From NCBI GenBank assembly GCA_963755915.1, contig CAVWLP010000002.1, positions 2,720,001 to 2,784,000 of the forward strand: a stretch of DNA of 64,000 nt, given 5' to 3'. The notes beneath the pieces are model-generated. The model was not told the DNA's origin. It did not search any database and was given only the letters and a program-made list of their open reading frames with translations. This DNA comes from an uncultured Phycisphaerales bacterium. GTDB lineage: Bacteria > Planctomycetota > Phycisphaerae > Tepidisphaerales > Tepidisphaeraceae. A program made the position numbers and the translations under genes. This document shows, one piece after another, positions 1 through 10,388 of the stretch. The number at the start of each line of letters is the position of its first letter. Position 1 is the stretch's first letter.

Positions 1-1002
1 GCGATCCAGGTCCCCCGTGCGAAGGGGCCGTTTGAAATCGTGGAGCGCGAGATTCCGGAGCCCTCGCCGGGGACGGTGCGGATCAAGGTCGAAGCCTGCG
101 GGGTTTGCCACAGCGATGTGATCGTGAAAGAGGGGCTGTTTCCGTGGATTGAATATCCGCGGATTCCCGGGCATGAAGCCATTGGCGTGATTGACGCTGT
201 CGGGGCGGGGGTGAAGGAATTCAAGGAAGGCGCGCGTGCCGGCGTGGGATGGAACGGCGGGTACTGCGGATACTGCGATACCTGCCGGCGCGGGGATTTC
301 TTCGCGTGTCAGACATCCATGCAGATTACAGGAATTACGCGGGATGGGGGTTATGCCCAGTACATGGTCGCGCAGGCTGAGGCGGTGGCGCGCGTGCCTG
401 AGGGGATGTCGTCGATCGACAGCGCCCCGCTGCTGTGCGCCGGGGTGACGACGTTTAACGCGCTGCGCAACAGCGGCGCGAGGTCTGGAGATGTGGTGGC
501 GGTGCTGGGCCTCGGTGGGCTCGGGCACCTCGCCGTTCAATATGCCGCTAAAATGGGGGCCAGGACGGTCGCCATCGCGCGAGGGCCGGACAAGGCGGCC
601 TTTGCGAAGCAATTGGGAGCCGACCAATACATTGACAATCAAAGCGAGGATTTCGCGGCCGCGCTGATGAAAATCGGCGGCGCAAACGTGATCCTTGCGA
701 CGTTGACCGATGGGCCGACGATGAGCGCGGCGGTCAACGGGCTGGCGGTGCGCGGCACGCTGATGGTTATTGGCGTTCCGCCGAGCTTGGAGGTGCCAGT
801 GATTCCGATGATCCTGGGAGACCGCTCGGTCCGGGGCTGGTATGCGGGCGTTTCGATCGATTCGCAAGACACGCTGGCGTTCAGCGCGCGGACCGGCGTG
901 AAGAGCATGAACGAAGTGTATCCAATGGACCAGGTCGATGCGGCGTATGACCGGATGATGAGCGGGAAGGCGCGATTCCGGGCTGTGCTTAAGATGCAAT
1001 AG
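1..1002 (+). CDS. Zn-dependent alcohol dehydrogenase (MDR family, AdhP-like), 5'-partial
   Basis: GVCHSD, GHE, CGYCDTC..C Zn sites and GLGGLG NAD motif; the frame is open back to base 1 (AIQVPRAKGPFEIV). Confidence 0.93.
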   Translation, partial: AIQVPRAKGPFEIVEREIPEPSPGTVRIKVEACGVCHSDVIVKEGLFPWIEYPRIPGHEAIGVIDAVGAGVKEFKEGARAGVGWNGGYCGYCDTCRRGDFFACQTSMQITGITRDGGYAQYMVAQAEAVARVPEGMSSIDSAPLLCAGVTTFNALRNSGARSGDVVAVLGLGGLGHLAVQYAAKMGARTVAIARGPDKAAFAKQLGADQYIDNQSEDFAAALMKIGGANVILATLTDGPTMSAAVNGLAVRGTLMVIGVPPSLEVPVIPMILGDRSVRGWYAGVSIDSQDTLAFSARTGVKSMNEVYPMDQVDAAYDRMMSGKARFRAVLKMQ

Positions 1003-1006
1003 CGAA

Positions 1007-1970
1007 ATGAAGGCCCTAGTCATCCGCCAATTCGGGGAGCCGAAGCTGCTGAAAGTAGAGGAAGTGCCGACGCCGCGCGCGGTTGAAGGCCGGGCGGTGG
1101 TGAAGGTGATGGCGGCGGGGATTAATCCGAGCGACGTGAAGAATGTGCAGGGGAAAATGCACGGCACAATGTTGCCGAGGATTCCGGGACGGGATTTTGC
1201 GGGCGTCGTGGTGGATGGGCCGCCGGACACCATTGGCCGGGAAGTATGGGGGAGCGGGGGGGATATTGGATATACGCTTGACGGGTCGCACGCGCAATTC
1301 ATCGTCGTGCCCATCGCGGCGCTGACGCCGAAGCCCAAAAAGCTCACGATGGACGAAGCCGGATCGGCCGGTCTGGTTTTTGTGACGGGGTGGGAGGCGC
1401 TGGTTTCGGCGGCGAATGTATCGCAATCGGATTGTGCGCTGGTGATCGGCGCGGGTGGGGGGGTGGGATTTGCGGCGGTGCAGATCGCCAAGGCGAAGGG
1501 GGCGAAGGTGATAGGCGGGGTTCAATCAGAAGAGGAAGCGACGGAGGCGCAGCGCGGGCGCGGATATCATCGTCAACACGCGGACGGAAAAGCTCGTGGA
1601 GGGCGTGGAAAAAGTTACCGACGGGCGCGGGGCGAATGTGATCCTCGATACCAGCGGCCACATGTTCGCGGAGTGCATCGAGGCGGCGGCGATGGGGGGG
1701 CGGATTTCGGTCATCACGGCGCCGCCGGATGGGAATTCCGTGTTCAATCTCCGCGCGGTTTATCGGAAGGAGCTGCGGATTTTCGGCGTCGATACGCGTC
1801 CGCTCGACGTGGTCGCGAGCGGAAAACTGCTGGCGCAAATGAGCGGGGAATTTGAATCCGGGGCGTTTAAAGTGAAACTTGGGGAGGCAAGGCCGCTGGC
1901 CGAGGCGCCCGCGGCGTATGAAGAATCATCGCGGGGCCGACGGCGCGTTTACCTGCGCCCCAATGGATGA
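1007..1970 (+). CDS. NADPH:quinone oxidoreductase-like MDR protein (frameshift near 1555)
   Basis: MKALVI..FG.P, INPSD, PGRDFAG and GAGGGVG in ORF 1007-1855; C-terminal half (GANVILDT) in ORF 1596-1970. Confidence 0.85.
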
Positions 1971-3453
1971 CCGAACATATGGCAGAAAACGAAAATAGCG
2001 TGGCGACGGTTTCGAATCACGAAGCAGCCGCCCAGGCGCCGCCGCCAAGGGTTGCTGTCGCGCACAATAAGCCGGGGCGTCGTCCGGTTCGAGTGATTGT
2101 GATTGCAGTGATTGCCGTCGTTGCCCTCGTCGGCGTGGCCTACCTGGTTTACGAAGCGTTGACCACGGTTTCCACGGACGATGCATACGTGAACGGCCAC
2201 GTGACGTACGTGGCGCCGCGCGTCCCCGGGCAGGTGACCCGGGTTCTGGTGGATGACAATAACCGCGTGCACAAGGGCGATCTGCTGGTGCAGCTCGATC
2301 CGGAGCCGTACCAGGTTCAGGTCAATATCGCCCAGGCGGCTCTGGATGTGGCCAATGCGGATTTGGTGAGCGCCCAGGCGAATGCGCGGCGCTTGTGGGC
2401 CAGTCGCGCAGCCTGCGTTTTGCTCTGGATCACGCGATTGAGGACGTGGACAATGAGGTGGCGCTGCTGCATTCGAGGGTCGCGACGCTGGATTCGGCGA
2501 AAGCGACGGAGGTGAAAGCCAAGGCCGATTACGACCGCGCGGTTCCGCTGGTAAAAACGGGAGCGGTTTCAAGCGAGGAAATGGATGCCCGCACGGCGGC
2601 ATTGGCGGTGGCGCAGGCGGAAGTGAATGAGGCGCTTCAGGGCGTTTACCAGTTGCGGGTTGAACTGGGATTGCCGCCGACGCCTCCCAATGGGCAGGAC
2701 CTTTCCTCTGTGCCGGACAACCTGGACCAGACGTTTTCAACCGTGAAACAGGCGCAGGGGAGCGTGATGCAGGCGGCGTCGCAGCTTGGGTACGCGGATT
2801 CGTTCAACATCACGCCCAAGCAGATGATCGCGGATTTTTACAAGCAGGATCCGAGCGGAAACATCGATGTGATCTATGGGAAGCTTCTTAAGAACGCGCC
2901 GTCGGTAAAGGATGCGGAGGCGAAGGTTTTTCAGGCGCAGAAGAACCTCGACCAGGCGAATTTGAATTTGCGCTATTGCAACGTTTATGCGGAAATTGAT
3001 GGCGAGGTCACCCGTCGCGATGTGAATCCCGGCAACAACGTGGTCGCGGGGCAGAGCTTGATGGCGATCCGCTCGATCACCGAAATCTGGGTGGATGCGA
3101 ATTTCAAGGAGACGCAGCTTGCGCGATTGCGGATCGGGCAGGCGGTCGATCTGGACGTGGATACGTATGGAAGCCGCGAGCATTTTAAGGGGCGGATCAC
3201 GGGATTCACGATGGGGACGGGCTCGACGCTGGCGCTGCTGCCGCCGGAAAATGCGACGGGGAATTTCGTGAAGGTCGTGCAGCGATTGCCGGTGAGGATT
3301 GATCTGGTGGATTACGATCCGGAGAAGGCGCCGCTGTTTGTGGGTTTGTCGGTGACACCGACGGTGCTGCTGGATGAGGAGCCGTCGGGTCCGGACGCGG
3401 GGAAGGTGCTTCAGCCTTACATGACGTTGCCCGAGGGGGAGAACCTGCCGTGA
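1967..3453 (+). CDS. HlyD/EmrA-family efflux membrane fusion protein (frameshift near 2395)
   Basis: N-terminal TM helix, STDDAYV, VAPRVPG, WVDANFKETQL, LLPPENATGNFVKVVQRLPVRI. Confidence 0.92.
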
Positions 3454-5071
3454 CGGCAGCGGCGCCCGCAATTGACGATCTGCTGGCGGCGCCCCGGCGG
3501 GTAATTTCGCCGTGGGTGGTGGCGGCGGTGGTCGTCATTCCCACGTTCATGGAGGTGCTGGACACGACCATCGCCAACGTGGCGTTGCGATACATCGCCG
3601 GGGGGCTTTCGGCGCCGGTAACGGACAGTGAATGGGTGATCACCAGCTACCTCGCGGCCAACGCGATTATTCTGCCGATTTCGGGATGGCTGGCCGCACG
3701 ACTGGGGAGGCGGAATTATTTTTTGCTTTCGATCGCCTTGTTTACGCTGGCCTCGGCCGCTGTGCGGCGCTGCCCCGTCGCTGGCGATCCTCATCGCCGC
3801 TCGCGTCTTGCAGGGCCTTGCCGGCGGGGGGCTTCAGCCTTCGAGCCAGGGGATTCTGCTCGACGCGTTTCCCCGCGAGAAGCAGGGGGCGGCGCAGACA
3901 ATTTTCGGCGTGGCGGCGCTGCTGGCGCCGGTCGTCGGGCCGACGCTCGGCGGATACATCACCGACAACTACGGCTGGCGATGGATTTTTTATCTGAATC
4001 TGCCGGTCGGATTATTCGCGTTGCTCCTTTGCCGAATGTTCGTCACCGATCCCGATTATCTCATCGCCCAGCGGGCCGCGCTGCGAAAGCAGAAGAGCGC
4101 GTTCGATTTGGGCGGGCTGTGTCTGCTCGCGGCGGCGATGGTCTCCTGGGAAATCCTGCTCACCAAGGGGCAGGAGTGGGACTGGTTTGGCGATCCTTTC
4201 TGGCGCATTCAGACGCTGGCGTCGATTTTCGCCGTGTCGCTGATTTGCCTGGTCTGTGCGCGAGCTGCGCATCAAGAATCCGCTGATCAATTTCCGCACG
4301 CTACGGGATCGCAACTTCCGGGCGTCGTGCATCATTATTTTTCGTTCGTTCGCGGTGCTTTATGCGAACACCACGCAGCTTCCGGCGATGCTGCAGACGC
4401 TGTTTGGCTATGACGCCACGAAATCGGGGCTGGTGCTTTCGCCGGCCGGCCTTGGGGCGATCCTGGTTTTGATGATTGGGGGGATTCTTCTGGGAAAGGG
4501 GCTGGATGCGCGGTTTCTCATTGCCACGGGTCTGCTGGTGATGGGGATCGGAAATTACTGGCTTTCGCAATTGAATCTGGAGATCAGCCCGTGGGATGTG
4601 GTCTGGCCGCGGGTGGTGATCATCATGGGCTTGTCGATGATTTTCGCGCCGGTGAACGTGGCGGCATTTTTGTATATACCCAAGGAACTTCGCGGCGCGG
4701 CCGTGGGGCTGCTTGCGCTGCTGCGCAACGAGGGGGGCAGCGCCGGGACCTCTATCGCGCAAACGATCCTGGAACGCCGGCAGCAGTTCCACGCGCTGCG
4801 GCTCAACGAGAACCTCGACCGTCTCAACCCGGCGGCCACGAGCCTGCTGCATCAGGGACAACAATTCTTTTTTCAGCACACGGGCGATGGGCCGCTGTCG
4901 GCGCAACTTTCGCTGAATTTTTTGGATAATATCAGGCAGCAGCAGGCGTTGTCGCTCTCTTATTTCGATGTCTACTGGGTTTGCGCGGTGGTAGGGGCAG
5001 CACTGGTGTTTTTCACCCTTTTAATGCGGAGATCCGTTGCGGAGAAGGGGGTGCATGTTTCGGCGGAGTGA
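3450..5071 (+). CDS. DHA2/EmrB-family MFS efflux permease (frameshifts near 3760 and 4256)
   Basis: FMEVLDTTIANVAL, WVITSYLAANAI, LAPVVGPTLGGYITDNYGWRWIF and LLRNEGGS across three ORFs; GTGA overlap with the EmrA-like gene. Confidence 0.92.
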
Positions 5072-5106
5072 GGGTTGGGGCCAGTGCGAATTATGAATTT
5101 TCTGCG

Positions 5107-6850
5107 CTAGCGCAAACTTGCGCCGTCGGGGAGGATTTGCATCAGGCGGTTGCGGACATTCTGGGCGCCGTTCTGGTCGCCGAGGTCCTGGAGGAGGGTC
5201 AGGTAGGTCTTGCCGACTGAATAGAACGGCGTTGAGTAGACGTATGAGGATCGATCGGGCGCCGGCATGCGGGGCCAGGTTTGGGCGTAGAGACGGGCGA
5301 GGCCGGGAAGGTTGTCGTGGGTGCGCATCAGTTTGTCGATGCGGGTCATGGCCTGGAGGATGATGGCGCCGGCGTTGATGTCGTTGGCGAGGACGTCAGT
5401 GAGGGCGCGAAAGGCGATGTCGTCCTGGTGCAAACTGACGAGAAGATCGGCCTGGGCAAGGCGAACGCGGCGCGAAGATCGGGGCGGCTGGGGAAAAGCG
5501 GGGCGATGCGGTCAAGCGAGTCTACCTGCTCCCGCGGCGACTGGTTGGAAAACATGCGCATCATGATCTGAAGCGCGAAATCGGGATAGGACCTGAGGAG
5601 ATATTGGTTGACGGCGGAGTCGAGGGTCTGAGTTTGGGCGGGGGAGAGGCCGCCCTGGGCGTCCATTTTTGCCAGGGAAAGCCAGGCGGGGCGATTGCCG
5701 GGGCAAACTTCGATTTCCCGAAGAGCGATGTCGAAGCGCTGCTGGGGTGGGACGAGGTCGATTAGCGCCAGGAGATCGGCGGAGAGGAGACGGGTGTTAG
5801 CGTCGGTTAGCTGGAGGCCGGCGAGAAGGCCGACGTCGGCATCGGTTAAAATCTCGCGGGTCTGGGGATCGGTAATGTTGGCGGACCAGAAAAGGTCTTC
5901 GGAATATCGGCCCTGATCGAAATTCCAGGCGAGGTAGTGATTGGGCGCTTCGACAAAGCCGAGCCAGGCGTGCCCCACGCCTCCAGCGCCGCCGCCGGCA
6001 TTTGTACACATGCAGGCGGGGATTCCGAGGGATTTGGCGACTTGCGAGGCGTAGTAGGCCTGCTCGACGCAGACGCCGCCGTATTGCAGCAGATTCTGGA
6101 GGGTGTAGGCGTGGGTGGAGATCTTCTTCGGGTCGCCGTTAAAGAAGGCGTTGTCATCGTAGGTGACATCGAAGTAGGCGGAGGCGATGGAATAGTTGTT
6201 GCGGTATCGCTGGGTGGCCCAGTGCATTTCGTCTTCGGAAACCCTTAGATCGACAACGTAGAGCTGAAGTTGCCACGCGAGCTGGCGGAGATCGAACCGC
6301 AGCGGGGTTTGCGGATCGGTGAAGTAGGAAAAGAGCTGGGCGGCGCGGTCCGCGGTGAACGTGGGCTTGTAGCCGGTGCTGTCGGGGGGGAGAGCCTTAT
6401 CCCACACGACGATCAGGGCGGTCGCGAGGTCGGGCCATTGGTCGAGCCCGTCCGAGGCGGTGGATTGGAGCAGCGTTACCTGCTGCAAAACGCGGCGGGG
6501 TGAATCTTTCGCTGAAACGGCGCACATGAGCACGGGCATGAGATGCGGTTGCCCGGCAAGCCAGATGAGCGTTTGCTTCTGCTCGTCCGTGGGGGACTTT
6601 ATCGCGGAAAAGAAATGAACGAATTGACGGCAGGAGGCGATGTCGATCAGCCGCGGGGCGTCGAGGTTGTGCAGATCGACGGCGCGGCGCCTTGGAAGTC
6701 CAATGTTTTCCGCACCTGTGTGAAGTCCCAGTTGCCGATCGCGGAGACGGTTTGACGAAGAATGAGATCGGTCGGCTCGGCAGAGGCAAATGAGGGAAGC
6801 AGCAGGGAAAACGTGAGAAAGAAAATCCAACCTGGTGTTGCCTGTTTCAT
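5107..6850 (-). CDS. Secreted hypothetical protein with transglutaminase-like core (frameshifts near 6690 and 5460)
   Basis: Signal peptide MKQATPGWIFFLTFSLLLPSFASA; GGVCVEQAYYASQVAKSLGIPA and GHAW match the Cys/His motifs of the transglutaminase-like fold. Confidence 0.6.
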
Positions 6851-6905
6851 TCTCGCTCCGGTGATCGCGGAGCATTATGACATGAAATGGAAACAAATAA
6901 AACTT

Positions 6906-8663
6906 CTAATGGACCTCCGGGGATAGCAATTGTTCGGCCACGGCCCGGATGGGCGTATCCCAATCATCGGTGCGGGTCTGGCGGAATAATCGCATGGTGG
7001 GATACCAGGGGGTATCGGATCGATTCAGCATCCATCGCAAATCGGGATAAAACGGCAGGAGGGTCCAGACGGGCTTGCCCATCGCGCCGGCGAGGTGGGC
7101 GACGGAGGTGTCGGCGGAGATCACCAGGTCGAGATTCGCGATCAGGGCGGCGGTGTCGGCGTAATCCGTCAGGTCGGCGGTGTGATCGATCAGATTCAGC
7201 CCGGGCGGCGGTGTCTGGCCGGCGCCGGGGCCTTTCTGGAGGCTGACGAAACTGATACCGGGGATTCCCGCCAGCGGGGCGAACTTTGACAGGAGGATTG
7301 AGCGGTTGTGATCGTTGGAATGATGCGGATTTCCGGCCCAGACGAGGCCGATTTTCTTTTGCGATCCCAGGGGGGCGAGGCGGTTTCGCCAAAGGTCCAC
7401 CAGTTCGGGCTCCGCGTGCAGATAGGGGACCTGCGCGGGGATTTCTTTTGGCTTTATGTGCAGCAGCAGCGGGAGGCTTAGCAAATAGCACTGGCAGTCA
7501 AATTCCGTCCAATGCTGGGTATTGGTGATCAGGTGACCGACGCCGTCGACGCTGCGCAGAAGGCGAAGCAATTGCGGCGGGGAAACGAGGATCGTCTGCG
7601 CGCTGCGCTGTGAAAGCGTGGCCAGCAGGCGGCAGAATTGGATGGTATCGCCCGCGCCCTGTTCGGCGTAAATGAGAATGCGCTTTCCGGCAGGGTTGTC
7701 GCCGGTCCAGGCGGGCTTGCCGGGGCTGAATTTTGTGTACTGCCGGTCGGGCCGGAGGACGCGCCATTCGTATTCGCGCCATCCCTCGTCGAAATCGCCG
7801 GTGAGAAGCAGGACGCCGGAAAGATGGAAATGCGCGGCGGGGTCTTCGGGCTTGAGGTCGATCGCCTTGCGGAAGATCTGGATCGCCTCTTTGAAGCGAT
7901 GCTGGTCGCACAGGGCCTGGCCGTAATTCAGAAGGGCCTCGAAAAAGTTGGGCCGAATCTGAAGCGAGCGCTCCAGCAGCTTCATGGCGCGGTCGTTCTG
8001 ATTTTTGATGCGCAAGGCGACGGCGAGGTTCATCATCGCATCGGCATAATCGCCGCGGATTTTCAGGGCTTCTTCGAAGACGGCAATCGCCTGGTCGGTC
8101 AGGCGTTTTTTGAGCAGGGCGTTGCCCAAATTGTTGTACGGCTGCGGATCGCGCGGGTTGAGATGGATGGCGATCTTGTATTCGGCGATGGCTTCGTCGA
8201 TGCGCCCGAGGTCTGCCAGGGCGATGCCGATATTGTTGTGCGGGTCGGCGAGATTCGGGTCGATGTTCATCGCCTGGCGGAAAAGGGAGATTGCCCGGGG
8301 CAAATTTCCGGTCGATCGCAGGGCATCGCCGAAATTGCTGAGGACGTTGGCGTCGTTGGTGCCGAAGGAAAGGGATTTTTCGAACGACGCGATGGCTTCG
8401 TCGAGTTTGCCGAGACGGCGCAGGGTGAGGCCGAGGTTTCCGTGATAGACCGGATGGTTGGGATTGCGGGCGATGGCGCGGCGGATCAGACCCTCGGCCA
8501 TCTCTTCCCGGCCGACCTGCGAGCTGAGAATTCCCAGCAGATGCAGCGCATCAGGATTTTCCGGATCGACGGCCAGGACCTGGCGATAGTATCGCTCGGC
8601 TTCCGCCAATCGGCCGGCGCGATGGAGCTGCACGCCCGCATCGATCATCTGGGCGGGAGTCAC
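6906..8663 (-). CDS. TPR-repeat glycosyltransferase (GT9-like C-terminal domain)
   Basis: About 8 TPRs, then GWREYEWR, EQGAGDTIQF, IGLVWAGNP, DLVISADTSVAHLAGAMG and PWYPTMRLFRQ; GTG start overlaps the upstream stop. Confidence 0.9.
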   Translation of the reverse strand: MTPAQMIDAGVQLHRAGRLAEAERYYRQVLAVDPENPDALHLLGILSSQVGREEMAEGLIRRAIARNPNHPVYHGNLGLTLRRLGKLDEAIASFEKSLSFGTNDANVLSNFGDALRSTGNLPRAISLFRQAMNIDPNLADPHNNIGIALADLGRIDEAIAEYKIAIHLNPRDPQPYNNLGNALLKKRLTDQAIAVFEEALKIRGDYADAMMNLAVALRIKNQNDRAMKLLERSLQIRPNFFEALLNYGQALCDQHRFKEAIQIFRKAIDLKPEDPAAHFHLSGVLLLTGDFDEGWREYEWRVLRPDRQYTKFSPGKPAWTGDNPAGKRILIYAEQGAGDTIQFCRLLATLSQRSAQTILVSPPQLLRLLRSVDGVGHLITNTQHWTEFDCQCYLLSLPLLLHIKPKEIPAQVPYLHAEPELVDLWRNRLAPLGSQKKIGLVWAGNPHHSNDHNRSILLSKFAPLAGIPGISFVSLQKGPGAGQTPPPGLNLIDHTADLTDYADTAALIANLDLVISADTSVAHLAGAMGKPVWTLLPFYPDLRWMLNRSDTPWYPTMRLFRQTRTDDWDTPIRAVAEQLLSPEVH

Positions 8664-9517
8664 GGCGTGGAGTTCCGGAATTTCTGCGCTAGCGCGTCGA
8701 ACTCCGCGGCTTCCCACCAGCCGTCGCGGTAAAAGACGCGGTAGCGGAAATCGAGCTTTGTTCCCTGGGCCACGCTCATCGGCTCGTGAAAGAGGAACGC
8801 GGCGTTGAAGAAATCGTAGCTCTGGCCGGCTTTTCCATACCAAGGGGAGGGGCTGCGTGGATTGGACGGATGGTCGATCATGCCGAGACAGACGCGGGCG
8901 CCGGCCGCGCCGTCAACGATTCCGCGGGTCATGAGCCAAGGGCCGGGTTGGCCGGTTATGGCTGCGGGCGTTTCGCCGCTGGCGAGGAGAAAAGTGCTGT
9001 TGTGATATTCGCGCAAAGCGCGAAACGTCAGGCCGCTGTATCCGCCCCACGTCGTATATGGGGTGCGGTCCAATACCAGATCCTGAAGCGACTGGAGCGA
9101 GGAGGACCAGGCGATCTCGCGGGCGCCGTTTTCGTGAGCCGTCAGCACGATTTCCCGGTTCTCGTCGAACACCGGCCCGGTTGGCGATGAAGTCCATTGA
9201 AGCCTGTGCTGAATTCGTAGCGAATTGTTCGAGAGAAAAGTACACAGCGGCTGCCCCTGGGTTTTCTGAATTCCGTACGGCTCCGCCTCCTCCCAGAAAT
9301 TCGTTTTGTTGATGTACTTGAACGTGAACCACAGGCCCCGATGCCAGGTGTGGTCGGACATCTGAAACCCGGCGATCTGCCTTCCCGCCGCGGTAAAGAG
9401 CGGGTGGAAACAGGGCTTGGGCAGGCTTGCGGAATAGCGATAGCTGGTGATCGGGGCGTCGTCGGCGGCGAAAACGTCGATTCGATCGTCGTGTGTTTGT
9501 CGGAATGAAAGGGCCAT
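8660..9517 (-). CDS. DUF6807 / 'PmoA-family' (PF14100-like) protein, typical of sugar-catabolism loci
   Basis: KPCFHPL, DHTWHRGLWF, NFW, YSGL.FR and DHPSNP..PW motifs. Confidence 0.75.
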   Translation of the reverse strand: MALSFRQTHDDRIDVFAADDAPITSYRYSASLPKPCFHPLFTAAGRQIAGFQMSDHTWHRGLWFTFKYINKTNFWEEAEPYGIQKTQGQPLCTFLSNNSLRIQHRLQWTSSPTGPVFDENREIVLTAHENGAREIAWSSSLQSLQDLVLDRTPYTTWGGYSGLTFRALREYHNSTFLLASGETPAAITGQPGPWLMTRGIVDGAAGARVCLGMIDHPSNPRSPSPWYGKAGQSYDFFNAAFLFHEPMSVAQGTKLDFRYRVFYRDGWWEAAEFDALAQKFRNSTP

Positions 9518-9524
9518 ACGGAAC

Positions 9525-10367
9525 TTAGTCAGACTGCCGCAATTCGCGGGCGGTTTTGCCCGTATGTTTTCGAATCCAGCGGCAGAAATAGGTCGCTTCC
9601 TGGAAGCCGCACTTTTCGGCCACCGCGGCGATCTTGTCAGGAGTATATCGCAGAAGCGTCTTGGCTTCCTGCAAGCGCACGTGGGTAAGATATTCCATGA
9701 TCGTCACCCCTGTCTGCTTGTGGAAAATCCTGCTCAGCGAGCCGCGATGATAATTCAGGTCGGTGGCGATGCGCTCGGCGGAGAGTTCGGGGTCGGCGAA
9801 TTCCTGCTCGATGATGTGCCGGGCGCGCTGCACGAGCGGCGCGATCCGCGCGGTGCGGATCGAGTTGGCCATGTCGTAAAGGAGCTTGATGGCGCTAAGG
9901 CTTCCGTGCCGGCGGCCCTGGATCGTGTGGTCCTTCAGGCAATCGATCAGGTCGTACACTTTCTCCAGCGGCGGCTGCTGGCAGTTGAAAACCCCGATGC
10001 TCAGCCCAAGGTGCAAAACAAATTCTTCCGCCAGCGGCCCGTCCAGCGTGAACCAGCAGAATTCGTTCATCGGATGCAGCGCCCAGAAGCGGTGGGGGAT
10101 GTTGGGCAGATAGATGGCGACCGACCCCGGCCCGAAATTCATCCGCTCTGGGCCGATGCTCATCGAGCCCATCCCGGAGATCACCCACTTCACCATCACG
10201 ATTCGCCGGGACCAGGTGGGGCTGAACCGCCCGCGCGATACCTTCACATGGGATACGCTGCGCAGGGCGAGCGGAACATCGGACGGCGGCTCGCTGCGGG
10301 GGCGCTCAATCGCCACCCCTCCCAGGCGGTGCGCAATCGGTTCATCGGGCTGTGCAGCTTCTGGCAT
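9525..10367 (-). CDS. AraC-family transcriptional regulator
   Basis: Cupin N-terminal domain; C-terminal LSRIFHKQTG..YLTHVRLQEAK..VAEKCGF..YFCR HTH; divergent from GH2. Confidence 0.92.
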   Translation of the reverse strand: MPEAAQPDEPIAHRLGGVAIERPRSEPPSDVPLALRSVSHVKVSRGRFSPTWSRRIVMVKWVISGMGSMSIGPERMNFGPGSVAIYLPNIPHRFWALHPMNEFCWFTLDGPLAEEFVLHLGLSIGVFNCQQPPLEKVYDLIDCLKDHTIQGRRHGSLSAIKLLYDMANSIRTARIAPLVQRARHIIEQEFADPELSAERIATDLNYHRGSLSRIFHKQTGVTIMEYLTHVRLQEAKTLLRYTPDKIAAVAEKCGFQEATYFCRWIRKHTGKTARELRQSD

Positions 10368-10388
10368 CGCGGTTACAAATAGTCAATT

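Noticed and set aside
5095-8696. Shared ~16-nt sequence TTTCTGCGCTAGCGC at about 5099 and 8681
   Set aside because: Both lie at or within gene ends with no mobile-element context; probably chance
8660-9517. Methane monooxygenase
   Set aside because: The 'PmoA' family label is a misnomer; this protein is soluble, lacks pMMO TM helices and has no pmoB/pmoC neighbours
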